From: Geosiphon pyriformis uo1
Taxonomy: Eukaryota; Fungi; Glomeromycota
Assembly (NCBI GenBank): GCA_016748015.1
Contig: JAAOMT010000718.1
Coordinates: 620,001 to 684,000 of the forward strand
Length of the DNA: 64,000 nucleotides
Reading direction: 5' to 3'
The position numbers were made by a program, and so were the translations under genes. The notes below the pieces were generated by a model. That model saw only the letters and a program-made list of their open reading frames with translations. It was not told where the DNA came from and did not search any database. Below are positions 26,300-39,325 of this stretch, piece after piece. Positions within the stretch are counted from its first letter, which is position 1; each line of letters begins with the position of its first letter.

Positions 26300-29200
26300 T
26301 TAAACTAACACACAGATTACCATCCAAACCAGAAAAAAAAGACAAGGCCTGCAACAGCCAAAACTTACAGCAAAAGACTCCACAATGCTAAGCAATCTGA
26401 TCATGCCATTCGAAAGCATAGAAGTCATGTAATGCAACAGTCCTAACACCAAACCATCATTACCAACCAAACCTGCCTTTTCCATGTCCACCCTAAATTT
26501 AGATCTAGCCAACCACACCTTAGATTGATGTAACTCAACCAAATATCTCACAAAGTCAACAACCACACCAGAAGCACACTTAATATCTTCAAAAATGCCA
26601 ACAGCCTCTGCACACTAATTTTTAAGCACAAATCCTCTACACAAGACTGAATACAAGCCAACGTCCGATCAGCAGAGATCAAGAGTCCTCAAAACAGAGG
26701 AAAAAGATGAGTTATATGCACCAGCCATGGAAATCCAACAAGCAAATACCTCTGACAGAATATTCTTCCATACATAAACATCTCGAAAACAAGTAAAAAT
26801 GTGGTCGGGCAACTCCACCTTATCACACAACAAACACTAAACACCAGGATAACGTTTATTGTACAATCTTTTGCAAACAGCCACCGGCAATCTTCTATGT
26901 AGAGCCTTCATCAAGTATGTACGAAGACTCGCCGATTTCTGGCTGGTAAATTCAGCAAGCATGTGCAAGTCAGGATGCCAGACCTGTGCAGAAATGTCCC
27001 AATCAAAACACTGCAATGGAATAGCTGGAACCACATCATAACCCAGACCAGCCTCCCAATGAGCACAACAAACAGATCTAAAAACATCCCTAACAAAGTA
27101 ACAAGCATTACCCGAAACCGCAGTACTCTCAGCCAACAGAAAACACTCATGAACTCTAAATGGCAAAAAAATGGGAGAGCCAGTAGCCTCACCAGCCAGC
27201 GCATCAGCTCGATCATTGTCAGGAACTCCAGAATGACCCTTGATCTTAATCCAACTCACAGCAAGATTCTTATTCCTAATCAAATTGGCAACATGTCTTC
27301 TCTCAATCTAACAATGATTGCGAAAGTCAGGGACAACAAAAGCCAATTCAGACACACACACATCAATAACAGCTTGGCTGTCAAGATGCAAAACCACTGA
27401 ACAAGAGGAAAAAACGCATTCCAGAGCAAGAGCCACAGCCTACAATTCTGACAGAGTTGAAGATAAAAGCCCACATACACCAACACCAACTCCTGCATCC
27501 AAAGCAGGAAAATAAGCAGCAGCTCCACTAACCACACTGAAGAAGCCAGCTGATTTCAATGAACCATCAGTATAAACATCCAAAGAGTCAGACCAAACTT
27601 TAAGCAGACCATCTCACACAAAAGCAAACTGTTCAGAGTCCAAAACACTACAGCCCAAAAAACCACCAGCATCATCAGCAGCATGCAGCACCAAGCCCCT
27701 ATCCAGCAAAAACTTATGTGTGACATTGAATCAATGAGGCACAGGGCCCTTGGGATCAAGTTTTTTCTAACAACAAAAAGTCTTCTAATCCATTACAGCA
27801 CCTTTTTTGTCAAGAAGTCTGTCACCAAAGGCAACTCCAAAACGCTTCAGAGAACGAACACAACTAAAAAACAAGGACTTCCCCAAAATCACAGACATAG
27901 GAAAAACACCAGGATCTCTAAAAGCACTAGGCAGAATGTTCACCAAAGACAGCTCACAATCCAAAAAAATTCTGATTATACCAGCTAAAAAATTGTTTAC
28001 AGGACTAACATGCAGCTTGACTAGAAACTGCAATAGATTCAAGGGCGTCCACCCAAGAACCTGCAAATCCAAGAAGCAATGGAGAAACAACCGACCAAGA
28101 ATACCCGGAGCATTCGAAAAAGAGATTACAGCAGCCACTTTGCTTTCGGACTGTATCTGATCGAAAGGCTTCAAGCCATAAAAAGAAGAATGATGCAAAG
28201 CTTCATTCGAGAAGTCATGAGGCAAGCAAGCCTTAGACTTAAAACCCTTTCTTACCAAAATGTCCCACTTGCAGCATATATTAGAGAAGACAAAACTAAA
28301 CTGCATTCTGTAACTAATAATTGGCTACAAAACAGCTGAGACCAAATAAGAAAACTGCTTGTCCGTGATGGCTTTCTTGAGTACTACATTGGTAAAAAAA
28401 TGGACATCCGAGTGCACCTTGGCCAAACTAGGTTTGGACAATCCTTTAGTTGACAAAAAGATTCCCAGGTACCTGTGAGCCTCACCCTTTTTTGCTATAG
28501 AGATTGGCTGACCACTAATACTTAATGAAGCAACCTTGACACCCTGATTAATTGGAATGACCACTGTCTTTTCATTATTAATTGAAATATTATTGATAGA
28601 AAAAAATTCACTAGCAATATTAAGAGCATACTGTGTGGAAGCCTGGCAATCTCCTACCTAAATTGTATCATTTACAAAAGCACCAGCAGCAAAAAAGAAG
28701 GACATCCCACCACTACTCTCAATTCTGCCAGTTCTTGCCACAAACTTAGTGTCAATCTTGTATCCACACAAATGTTCATGCCGTTTGATCTCACACAATA
28801 GTGAATTATAGAAGATTCTCCAAAAAAGAGGAGAGAAAACCTCACCTTGATTCAAACCATTGTGCACATGATAGCCATCTGACAGACCAAAATCTGTCAT
28901 GACCTTGTTAACTCTATTATTGTGTATGCCACTAAAGAAACTAATGAACTTACTGCACATCTTGATGTGCTTCAAGCTCACTTCCAAGTAGTACCATCCA
29001 ACTGAGTTATATGCTTTACTCATATCCTGCAACACTAACCAAAGTTTTCGATTTTTTTCCAAAGCATCCTCAACTACCGAGCCGACAGCAAACACTGGAG
29101 ACTGGATAGACGTACCCTTTAAAACAGAAAAATTATCACCACACAGAACACCAAACTTGCTACAAGCTGACAAAATCCTGTCAGAAAGAACCTTGGAGAG

Positions 29201-30971
29201 AATCTTCCTGGCAGTCTCGATCAGTGCAATAAGCCGAGTGTTCGTAAGAACCCCATCCCAGTCATAAGGTTTCGGAATCATCGAAACCTACACTTTCCTC
29301 CACAAAGTAGGCATACTCTCAACAACCAGACACGTATTTAACAGCTCCAGAAGGCAACCCAACACCACATCACTATCATGCTTCCACAGCTCATTAAAAA
29401 TGCCAGACAAGCCAGCAGTCTTGTCATCAAGCAGACCCTCAACAACTAAGAACAGTTCACCCAAACTGATTTCACGCATTACCCCAGAAAAAACATCATC
29501 CCATACATGATCCAGAGATGCATACTGGCAAGCCCAGAGTTCAGACACCACTATAGGCACCACCTGCTTCCTCGTCCATCCCACTATAATCTCATTCACT
29601 TTAGACTTCACTTCCACAGGTTCCAGAACCAAACCATCATCAACAACCAAATGATCAAGAATTATCTTGCAAAAAGGCTGATCCAATACACTCCTTATCA
29701 TGCTCCCTTTATTAAAAGCAAAACTCTCTATGTGTCTCTCTACAGCTCTCCTAATAGAAACTTCCTCAGCCAACCTCGATTCAAACATCTTTGACTTCCT
29801 GTATTCTTTGCGATTTGATGACAGGTACTTAAAAAGAACCATACTACTTACATTCAATCTAACCAAATCAGAGAATGCACAAGCTTTGGCCTCATCCAAA
29901 GTAGATCATTTCCTTATAAGATGATCAACTTCAAGCACGTTACTAGCGCAAACCACATCAACAATCTTGGCAATGAGTAAATCCAACCCAAAGAACTTTG
30001 AAGAATGCTTATTTCTAGAACATTAAAATTCACTAAACCATTGTCTGGAAAAAATCTTATCAGCAGACTCAACCATTACTTTTCCTAAAATTGTTTACAT
30101 AGTATCCAAATCACCACCAGCTTTGGCATCAGAGAAGAAGTCCTTGATCAACAGAAGCTTAGCTGAAACACAATTCCTAAACTCAGACCACTTGGAAGCA
30201 TCTGCGTCTTTGATCTTGAACTTCCAACGATTCTTGTTAGCCTGCTTGCACAAACTATTTAGCTGAACATCCAAAAGTCTGCCCAGACCAACTGACACCA
30301 TGACAGCCTTGTGGTCTGTATCAAAAAATTCTGAGACTGACCCAACCCAATGCTTAGCAACAGCAGAAGACAGATTTTCACTAACCAAAATGTAATCAAT
30401 AGTTTTTTCTATCCCTCTCAAGTTGCTTTATGTAAAAGCCTTTGCCAACTGATGGCCAGCAAGCAAATTGACCAGACCAAGACCCATAACTCACACTCCT
30501 CCCAGATTCATTTTTGTTAAAATCCCCATCCAAGACAACAAAATTGCTGGCATTAACAGCCTTAGCAATGAATGAATTAACCTCAGATGCCTGCCTAAAA
30601 TGAACGCCCAGAGATGCGCCAGCATACAAACCAAGTACAGTTACTGAAAGCTTGCCTTTGAACAAAAGACGCACTAAAATAACTTGACCAGGGATCTTTT
30701 CAATCTTAGAAACATGTCAAACCAATGAACTGTTCATAATAATTGCAACTCCAGCACTAACAAAACTCTTATCCAATCCTGAAGAAAAAATTTGCACTCC
30801 GTCGAACTTATCTGCAATCCATGGCCTAATAGAAGACCTCAACTTTGTTTCCGTAACAAACAAGACCAAATTGCCAGAATTGCAATGTCAACGTACAACA
30901 TCCTCCTGCTTGGCAGGGACATTGATTCCACAAACATTACATGTAGCAAATTTCCAAACCAGACTGCTCAT
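26300..30971 (-). pseudogene. LINE-2 ORF2 (APE endonuclease, RT, RNase H, C-terminal Cys/His)
   Basis: MSSLVWKFATCNV.GIN, GDFN, TIDY, TDH, LQDMSKAYNSV, AFVNDT, YTDGS, IKGHSG, ALHRRLPV; broken by stops and a frameshift. Confidence 0.93.
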
Positions 30972-32818
30972 TGGGATGAAAGCAGTAAAGAAGAACCCAA
31001 ATCAGAACACAAGAGATCCAATCTCGCCAAAACAGAACCAACTAAAGCCTTCAAAGCCGACATTTTAGACTTCAAACCACCCACTTTGGTGGTCAGAACC
31101 TTTGAACTACTTGAACTGAAACCTGCATCCAACTCAACATTTGAGAGAGAGGGAGAGAGTAATGTCAATGTGCCATCCAAAACCATATCTGAGTCCAAAA
31201 CAGGAGCCATAGGTACAGAGCCAACCAAAGAAAGAGTATTAGAAGATGGCACCATAGGCACCAATTCAACAAAATTCAATTTCCTAAGAATGCCAGAAAC
31301 CTGGTCAGCCAAAAGTTCAAGAGAGCGCTCCAAAGATGCCAACTGAGCATCCAAGGGAGACTCATCAATTGGGGAGGAGGGAGCACTACCAACCAAATCC
31401 GAAGCACCTGACAAAGAGGGGCCAAAACCAAAACCAGAATTAGAGGGAGAGCCACCAGCAGAGGAAGCAAGAGAGACCACCTGAGCCCAAGATTTGCCAC
31501 CAAAGGCAGCAGAGTGAGAGATAGAAACATTTTTTTTTACATATAACTTGGCTAAATGAAAACGATCCACACTGAAAACATGTCTTTCTTTTTTCAAAGC
31601 AATAGAAGGTGCAGGAACAGAAACATCAGAAGCATCACATTCCAAGACTGAGTGTTCAAATCTCCCACACTTTTCACACTGAACCAAGCCTAACCTAGCC
31701 CAAGAAAGTCTCACACTGCCAAAAATTGGTTCCGTGCAAAAAGCAGCTTCCAGCTTCTCCTCAGAATCAAAACCAACCACAGCACAGCAAATCCTATTGC
31801 CTGTTTCAAATGACTGATTGATAATGCAAGTTTTCTTATCAGTCTCCTTTAACAGATTGCCAAAATTATGAGCTGTTGTTCCTACTGGCAAAGTAAACAA
31901 CAGTGCTCTGAACTGATCTCTAGAAGTCCAAGTCTTGCAATCTCCCACAGCCATAGTCATATGCACCAAATCTTTCCTGATTAGGAATGACCACTTAGAA
32001 GCCAATTGCACTGCCTGTTCCAATTTGGCAAACTCAACCACAGCCTTCTGCCATAGCCCAACCAGTTGTATGTGGATCGACTTAATTTCTCCAAATTCAG
32101 TTACTGCGGTAATGATCATGCCTTTAGGCGTATCCATGGGAATTTTCTTGATTATTATGGTCCGATCTGAGCAAATTTCTTGTCTTTTGAGATCACTGTT
32201 TACAATGATTCCCTTTTTCCTAGTCAATGATGCAGCTCTTTCCATGTTTTTTTCTGACATGAATGTAGATCTGATGATCCCTTCAAATTTTGAGGGGGTA
32301 GTAGCCCCCCCAAAACCATTGATTCCTGAAAATAATTTCCTTATGACCTGAGTTTTGGCCGTTGCCAATTTCCTTTCTACAGCCAAAAGATTAATGTCCA
32401 AAGCAAATGATTTTTTCATGGTAACTTTCACTTGAGTTTTAATGATTTTGGGATCCACCCACACCTTATCCAAAGAGAAAGACTTATGAGGAGGAGGGGA
32501 AACTTCCTTTTCTTCCTCCATGTCATAATTAATAGAGCCAAGAGGGGAGCCGACAGTTGCACTATTATTGAAACACTTGGCTTAAGGTGTATTCATCCTG
32601 GAATCAGGTACTTCTTTACCTTTGGAAGCTTCTCCATCAGTATCCATGTCATTAAACTGCCTGACCACACGACCAGACCCACCACTTTTGAGAATTGCAT
32701 CACTACTTGAGAACTTGGTACCACTGGAGAGTTTTTTGATTTTATGACCTAAATCACCACCAACTGAACCAGTAGTTGAAACTCTGGCTGACCTTCTCTT
32801 AACACTAGGGCCACTCAT
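30968..32818 (-). pseudogene. LINE-2 ORF1 (617 codons; RRM-like regions, CCHC knuckle, coiled coil)
   Basis: Begins MSGPSVKRRS; contains CEKCGRFEHSVLEC; premature stop at 32582. Confidence 0.88.
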
Positions 32819-34450
32819 AATGGCAGCTGGACTGACAACGAAAGGGTTTGTTTCTTGTAAAATGGTGGAAGACAGTATATAAAAAAACAGAAAAACTTTT
32901 TTCAAAATTTTGACTCTTTTTCAGGAATTTGAGATGAAGGAGAGAAAAAAGTTTTTTGTAGTTAAGCAAGTAAAATTAAAAATAATGTAATTGAAAATAG
33001 TAATTTAATATTTGTTTTTTGTTTAAATATTTGCAAATATTTAACTGTAATTTGAGAAATATTGTAAGTAATTCTGAAGTTTGCTTTTGTCTTTGTTTTT
33101 TTTTACTGTTTTTTGGTTCAAATTTTAAGTCAAAAAAAATTTTAAGTTATATTAAGTATTTTTTTTCACAATATTAAATAATATTAAAATCAAGTTTTTA
33201 AAAATAAGTATCAGATATTTGGTTGTTGAAATCTTTAATACTTAAGTAAAAATAGTGTAACAAGTTTTTATATAGTTTTTTTTTAACTTTAAATATGTTG
33301 TAATCTTTAAAAAAGTAGTTATTAATACAATTTTTAATATATTAGTAAAGTGTTTTTTTGAAAATTTTAATTTTATTCAAGATGTTAAATTTTTGTTTGC
33401 AATAAATGTAAATTGATTGACAATATTCTAAAGTAGTTATGTCTGTTAAAGTTGTCATTTTGAAGTTGTTGTTATATTAATTTGTAAAAAAACACCAAAT
33501 ATTATTAGAAATTTTTGGTCTCTTTTTTTAAATATAATTAATGTTAATTTACTAGTATTTTCTAATTATTAGAAGTTATTAAACCTTTAATTACTGAATT
33601 TATTTTCAAATTATTTTTTATAATTTAAACTGCTAGTTTTATAAATAAAATAACTAATTCTATATTAGTTATTTTTATAATTACTTTATAGTAAAATTTA
33701 ACTTTTTTTTAAAAAATGGTTGTTTAAAAACTTATTAAAAATATATAATTACTTTGCTGTAAAAGTCAATTCTTTTACAGAAGTCTTGTTTGTAAACTAT
33801 CCTAATAAATATAATTAAAATAAAAATATAAAAAAAAATTTTGTTAAAAATTTTGTCTTCTGTTCAAATTTAAAGTTAATAATAGATTACTGAAATTTAT
33901 AGCTAGTCAATTTCAAAATATTAATTGAGATTTGAGAAATTTTAAATAAACTAATTATAATTTTGTTGTTGTTTAATATAGTTTTTATTAGAATGATTTG
34001 TATAAATATTAAGAAAAATATTTTTAATGAAAATAATTCTAGCTAAAATATATTTTTTTAAAGAAAGAAGCTTTTTTTTATACAGCTTATTATAATACTA
34101 GTTTATAAATTTGCACTTTTTTTTTGCTATTATTTTGTTAAACTAAAGATATATTTTAACAAATTACAAGTTATTTATATAAACTATTTAGTATTTTGGT
34201 AAACTATTAATTATTTTTACAAATTTTTACAAATTTTAATAAATTTTTAAATTTTACATAGTTTGAAGTATTGTGTGATCTAATTATTACAATTTGTGTA
34301 TTGTATAAATTAAATTATTAATTAAATAGTAATTCAAATAATTTAATAAAATAATAAGTAATAAATTGAAATAATAATATATATTAATTAATAATAAGAA
34401 TTATAAAAATAATTTTATGCTAAATAATATTTCAAATTTTATTGATAACA

Positions 34451-37400
34451 TTATATTTGAAATTTCTTTGTCAATAAAAGCAGTAACCAAATTTGACAAT
34501 ATAAAAATATAATTAATTTTTTTTGATTCTTCTTGAATTCTTTTATATAAAAAATTTAATAAATAAACTACTAACTAAAAAATTAACTAAACTTAAATCT
34601 ACACATTTTTTGAAACTAATATTATGCTTAATACTATCTTTATTAAAATTATTCTCAAAATAACAAAAATACTTTTATTAAATATATTGACTATAAAAAA
34701 ATTAATAATAATTGTTTAATTCAAATATTATTTTAGAAATACTCTTATATATAAACTTAAAACAGTATTACTGGAGGTTTTTGGTCTCTTTTCTTGAATG
34801 TTGTTAATGTTAATTTGCTGTGAATTCATGTTCTCAGAAAGTAGTTAAACCTCTAGTAACTGAATTTATCTTTAAATTATCTCCTATAATTTGAACTGCT
34901 GGGCTTATAAGTAGAATGGCCAATTTCTTATTAGTTACTTTATGTAGTTATACTGTAGTAAATGTCAACTCTTTCCCAGAAATTGCTCATCTGGAAGCTC
35001 ACTAAAAATGTGTAGTTACTTTGCTGTGAAAATTAACTCTTCTACAGGAATCTCATCTGTAGGCTACTTTAATAATTATAATAAGAAAAAAAATAAAAAT
35101 AAAAGAAATATAAAAGAAATAGAATTTTATCAAGGGAAACGTTTTCTATCCAGACCTGGAGTCACTAACAGTTTACTGAAATTGGTAGCTAATCAATTTC
35201 AAAATGTTAATTGTGTTGAGAAAATTTCAAGTGTAATAATCAAAGAATTTGGTTTTTGAATATTTAATTTTTATTTGAGATATGTAAAAAGTAATTTGTT
35301 CTAATTAAGATACTTAAAATAAGATACTATGGTAAGATATGAGAAGATATATTTTCTTGAAAAAAGAAGCTCTTTTTTTATACAACTTGTTATAGTACTA
35401 GTTTTTTGAACTTGTACTTTTCTCTTTGCTACAATTTGGATGAATTAAAGATACATTTTGGCAAACTACAAGTTATTTTACTGAACTATTGATTATTTCG
35501 GCCAATTTTCATTAATTTCGTTAAATTTTGACTATGTTAAATGGTTCAGAGTATTGTGTAATTTAATCATTTTAATTTCTAGAGTACAAATTAAATTATT
35601 GATTGAGTAATAATATTTGATAATTTGATTAAATAATAAGTAATAATCAAAAATAATAATAATATATGTTAATTAATAATAGGAATTATGAGGATAATTT
35701 CATGCTAATTAATAGCTAAATTCTACTGGTAATAAAAAAAACTGATTATTAAAAATCTTTAAAATTTTTGAAACATATTTAACTAAATATTTATTTACAA
35801 TTAAAGTCACACTAATATTTAAATAATCTAAATTTAAATTAAAAGTAAATACTCTTATACTTATAAACTTATTTACAACTTATGATTTGATACTAAAACA
35901 AAGCTTAGTCTTAGTAATAATTAAAATATTATTTTTTGATTCTTTATGTTATCTAATAATATTATCTTGCTTAACAAAAACATTTATTTTTTTAACATTA
36001 TATGTAGCTATATTTTAAGTTAAATTACTTATTATAAATGAAAATAAAATATTACCTTATTATTTAAATTAAAAAATTTTAGTTTATTTATAATAAATTT
36101 AATTAAACTTTTTAAAATTATTATGTTAGCTTTCAAATTACCAAGTTTAGTAATAAAAATTTTGGATTTATTAAGAGATATATTCTAGAAAATATCAGAA
36201 TTAATACATAAAAAAAAATTAAACAATGATTCATTAACAGTCATGTTCAATACAAAGTCAACATTTAAAACAGATATTTTTACAATATATTATAATAATA
36301 ACAAATAAAAAAAGCTATCCAATTTGCAAGAAATTTTAATGACATAATTAAACAAAAGCTTTAAAAAGTATTTAAGAATATTTAACTAAAAAACCAAAAT
36401 TAAAATAACAGAAACTTTTTTAAAATCATTAACAAATATATCTATCAATAAATTACCAGTAAACAACTCAAATAAAAAATGTTTTGATTTATTACTTATC
36501 ATAAAAGTTTATGTTATTCTATCAAAAAAAACCAGACAAAACACAAAAATCTGCTTTTTAGCATATATAAAAATAAGACATTTTTTATCTGATTCTGAAA
36601 AAAAAATTTAAACTCTAATTAAATAGTTTAAAACTACTCTTACAAATAGCTAAAATATAATTAAATATCTTATATTTAATATACTTAAAAAATAACAAAC
36701 CAGTCCAAATCAAATTAATTTTTCTAAAGACAGAAATCAAACAAATAGTAATATTTTTGGCTATAACAAACTTAAAACACACAATAATACAGTATATTCA
36801 TATATAAAATACAGAATTATAAGATATAAAACATGTTTTCTTATTATAAAACTAGACTAAACATAATAAATTGTAAACAATAGTGCTTATTAATAAAGTA
36901 TATAAGAAAGCACAATAGCAGTTTTTTTGATTTTATGTTAGTTTGTTAGTATTGGCTTTGGTAATATGTATTGAGTTTTTTTTAACAAGATTAATTATTT
37001 GAAAACAATTAGATTAATAATTTCAAAATTCTTAAACTTAACCAAAGCTTTTTGTCAAAAACCAATAAATTGTATTTTAATAAAAACAATCTTATCAAAT
37101 TTAGAAAATATTAATATTTTTAGATTGGCATTAACTAAAATTTTTTTTTTATAGCTAATTGTTTTATAGCTTTAAGACTATATTCTGATGTAAAAAATAT
37201 TCTAATAATGTCTTAGAATTTTAAAAAAGTTAACACTTTTCCAAAACTGTTAATTTTATAAAATAATTTTTTTACAAACTTGAATTTATTATTTAAATTT
37301 TTGTCAAATATAGCCAAAAAGTTGATGTTTAATGCAAATAATTTAACTAAATTAAAGTTTTTTTTTAATATATACATTTAAGTACCAAATAAAATCAATT

Positions 37401-37880
37401 GACAGAAATAATAAAAAAATAAAAACATTATTATTATTATTAAAGCCAAAATTACATAAGCCAATAGAAAAAATTAATATTTTTTTAAAGTTAAAACACT
37501 TTATTTTTGGAATATTGGTGTAAAATTCAGCAGTTTTTTATTTTTATTTTTAGTATTATTGTTAATATTAAATATAGCCAAACTCTTAATCATATTATCA
37601 AAAAACTGTTCATGTTTTCAAAATGATTAACATTATATAATAATATCTTGAATTCTAAATTTGCTTTATTACTTAAGTGTTTTACTTTATTAATTAATAT
37701 TTTTGGCTTTTATATTAAACTTTTATTTATTGAACTTAAAACAACAATACAAGCCAATTTTTTTTAGATATAGTACTATTAATAATAATTGACAAAGCAA
37801 TAAAAAAAAAGTTTATAATTTAAAAAATTGCAAATTTGAAATAGCAAAGAAAAACAAAACAAAAAAAACTAAAAACTTTT
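34451..37880 (-). mobile_element. Heavily decayed LINE 5' portion (ORF1 and endonuclease), interrupted by a solo LTR
   Basis: AT-eroded but colinear with LINE-2 ORF1 (~36960-37400) and endonuclease (~34451-34765 and 35735-36020). Boundaries approximate. Confidence 0.65.
34766..35734 (-). mobile_element. Solo LTR, family A subfamily 2
   Basis: Reverse-complement match to 37916-38878; decayed termini; no matching TSD. Confidence 0.9.
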
Positions 37881-37915
37881 TTTATTAAATTAGCTCTTTA
37901 GAGAATTTTAGATGT

Positions 37916-38878
37916 TGTTACCAGTAGAATTTTAGCTATTAATTAGCATGAAATTACCCTCATAATTCCTATTATTAATTAGCATATATTATTATTATTT
38001 CGATTACCACTTATTATTTAATCAAATTATCAAATATCATTACTCAATCAATAATCCGATTTGTACCATAGAAATTAAGATGATCAAATTACACAATACT
38101 CTGAACCATTTAATATAGTCAAAATTCGCCAAAATTAATGAAAATTGGTCGAAATAATCAATAGTTTAGTAAAATAACTTGTAGTTTGCCGAAATGTATC
38201 TTTAATTCACCCAAATTGTAGCAAAGAGAAAAGTGCAAGTTCAAAAACTAGTACTATAACAAATTGTATAAAATAAGAGCTTCTCTCTTCAAGAAAATGT
38301 ATCTTCTCATAATATCTTAACATAGTATCTTACTTTAGATATCTTAATTGGAACAAATCATCTTTTACACATTTCAAATAAAAATTAAATATTCGAAAAA
38401 CAAATCCTTTGATTATTACACTTGAAATTCTCCCAACACAACTAACGTTTTGAAATTGATTAGCTACCAATTTCAGTAAACTGTTAGTGACTCCAGGCCT
38501 AAATAGAAAACGTTTTCTCTTGACAAAATTCTATTTCTTTTATATTTCTTTTCTTTTCTTATTACAATCATTAAGGTAGCCTACAGATGAGATTCCTGTA
38601 GAAGAGTTGACTTTCACAGCAAAGTAACTACACATTTTTAGTGAGCTTCTGAACGAGCAATTCCTGAGAAAGAGTTGACATTTACTACAACATAACTACA
38701 CAAAGTAACTGGCATGGAATTGGCCATTCTACTTATAAGCTTGGCAGTTCAAATTATAGGAGATAATTTGAAGATAAATTCAGTTATTGGAGGTTCAACT
38801 GCTTCCAGAAAACGTGAAAGTAGCAACAGACAAACATTAACAACATTCAAGAAAAGAGACCAAAAACCTCCGGTAACA
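37916..38878 (+). mobile_element. Solo LTR, family A subfamily 2
   Basis: TGTTACCAG...CCGGTAACA; TSD ATGT (37912-37915 / 38879-38882). Confidence 0.95.
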
Positions 38879-39325
38879 ATGTAAAAAAAAGAAGTTTATT
38901 ATTATAGTTTATGTTTTTGTATATAAATATATTTAATTTTAAAAATTAAATTAATTAAATAAAACTAAAGTTGTTTTTTTTTTTAATAGTATTGTTTTTA
39001 ATAATACTTAAAAAAAATTGTTAATTATCAAAAAATTTTAAATAAATAATTTTTATTTTAATATTTTATATTTAATATTTTTTTTAAAAATAATATTAAG
39101 CTATTTTATATAAATTTGCTTTTTAAGTTTTTTAAATACTATTATTTAAATTAATTTTGTTAATTTTTTTTAAAGTTGTTAAGTTTTTAGTAATTTTTAA
39201 ATTTATGTTATTATTAAAAAAATTTAATTTATTAATTAACATAAAATTATTTTTATTATTTTTATTAAAAATTAATATTTTTATTATTTAATTAATAATC
39301 TAATTTAAATAATACACAAATATAA

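Larger units (their letters stand above)
26153..32954 (-). mobile_element. LINE-2, full-length non-LTR retrotransposon
   Basis: 5' UTR, ORF1, ORF2, 3' UTR and A-rich tail; 9-bp TSD TTTGTAGTT (26144-26152 / 32955-32963). Confidence 0.95.
15660..34450 (-). mobile_element. Old, heavily decayed family A-related Gypsy relic, split by three later insertions
   Basis: Colinear gag/PR remnants at ~15660-16694, 24577-24671, 25588-26152 and 32964-33499, then a decayed PBS and 5' LTR at 33500-34450. Left boundary approximate. Confidence 0.8.

Noticed and set aside
30792-32710. Antisense ORFs within LINE-2 ORF1
   Set aside because: Shadow frames with no independent motif or conservation evidence.
34766-38878. 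Inverted LTR pair as a composite or DIRS-like element
   Set aside because: The right LTR has its own ATGT TSD and the spacer is a decayed LINE, so these are independent insertions.
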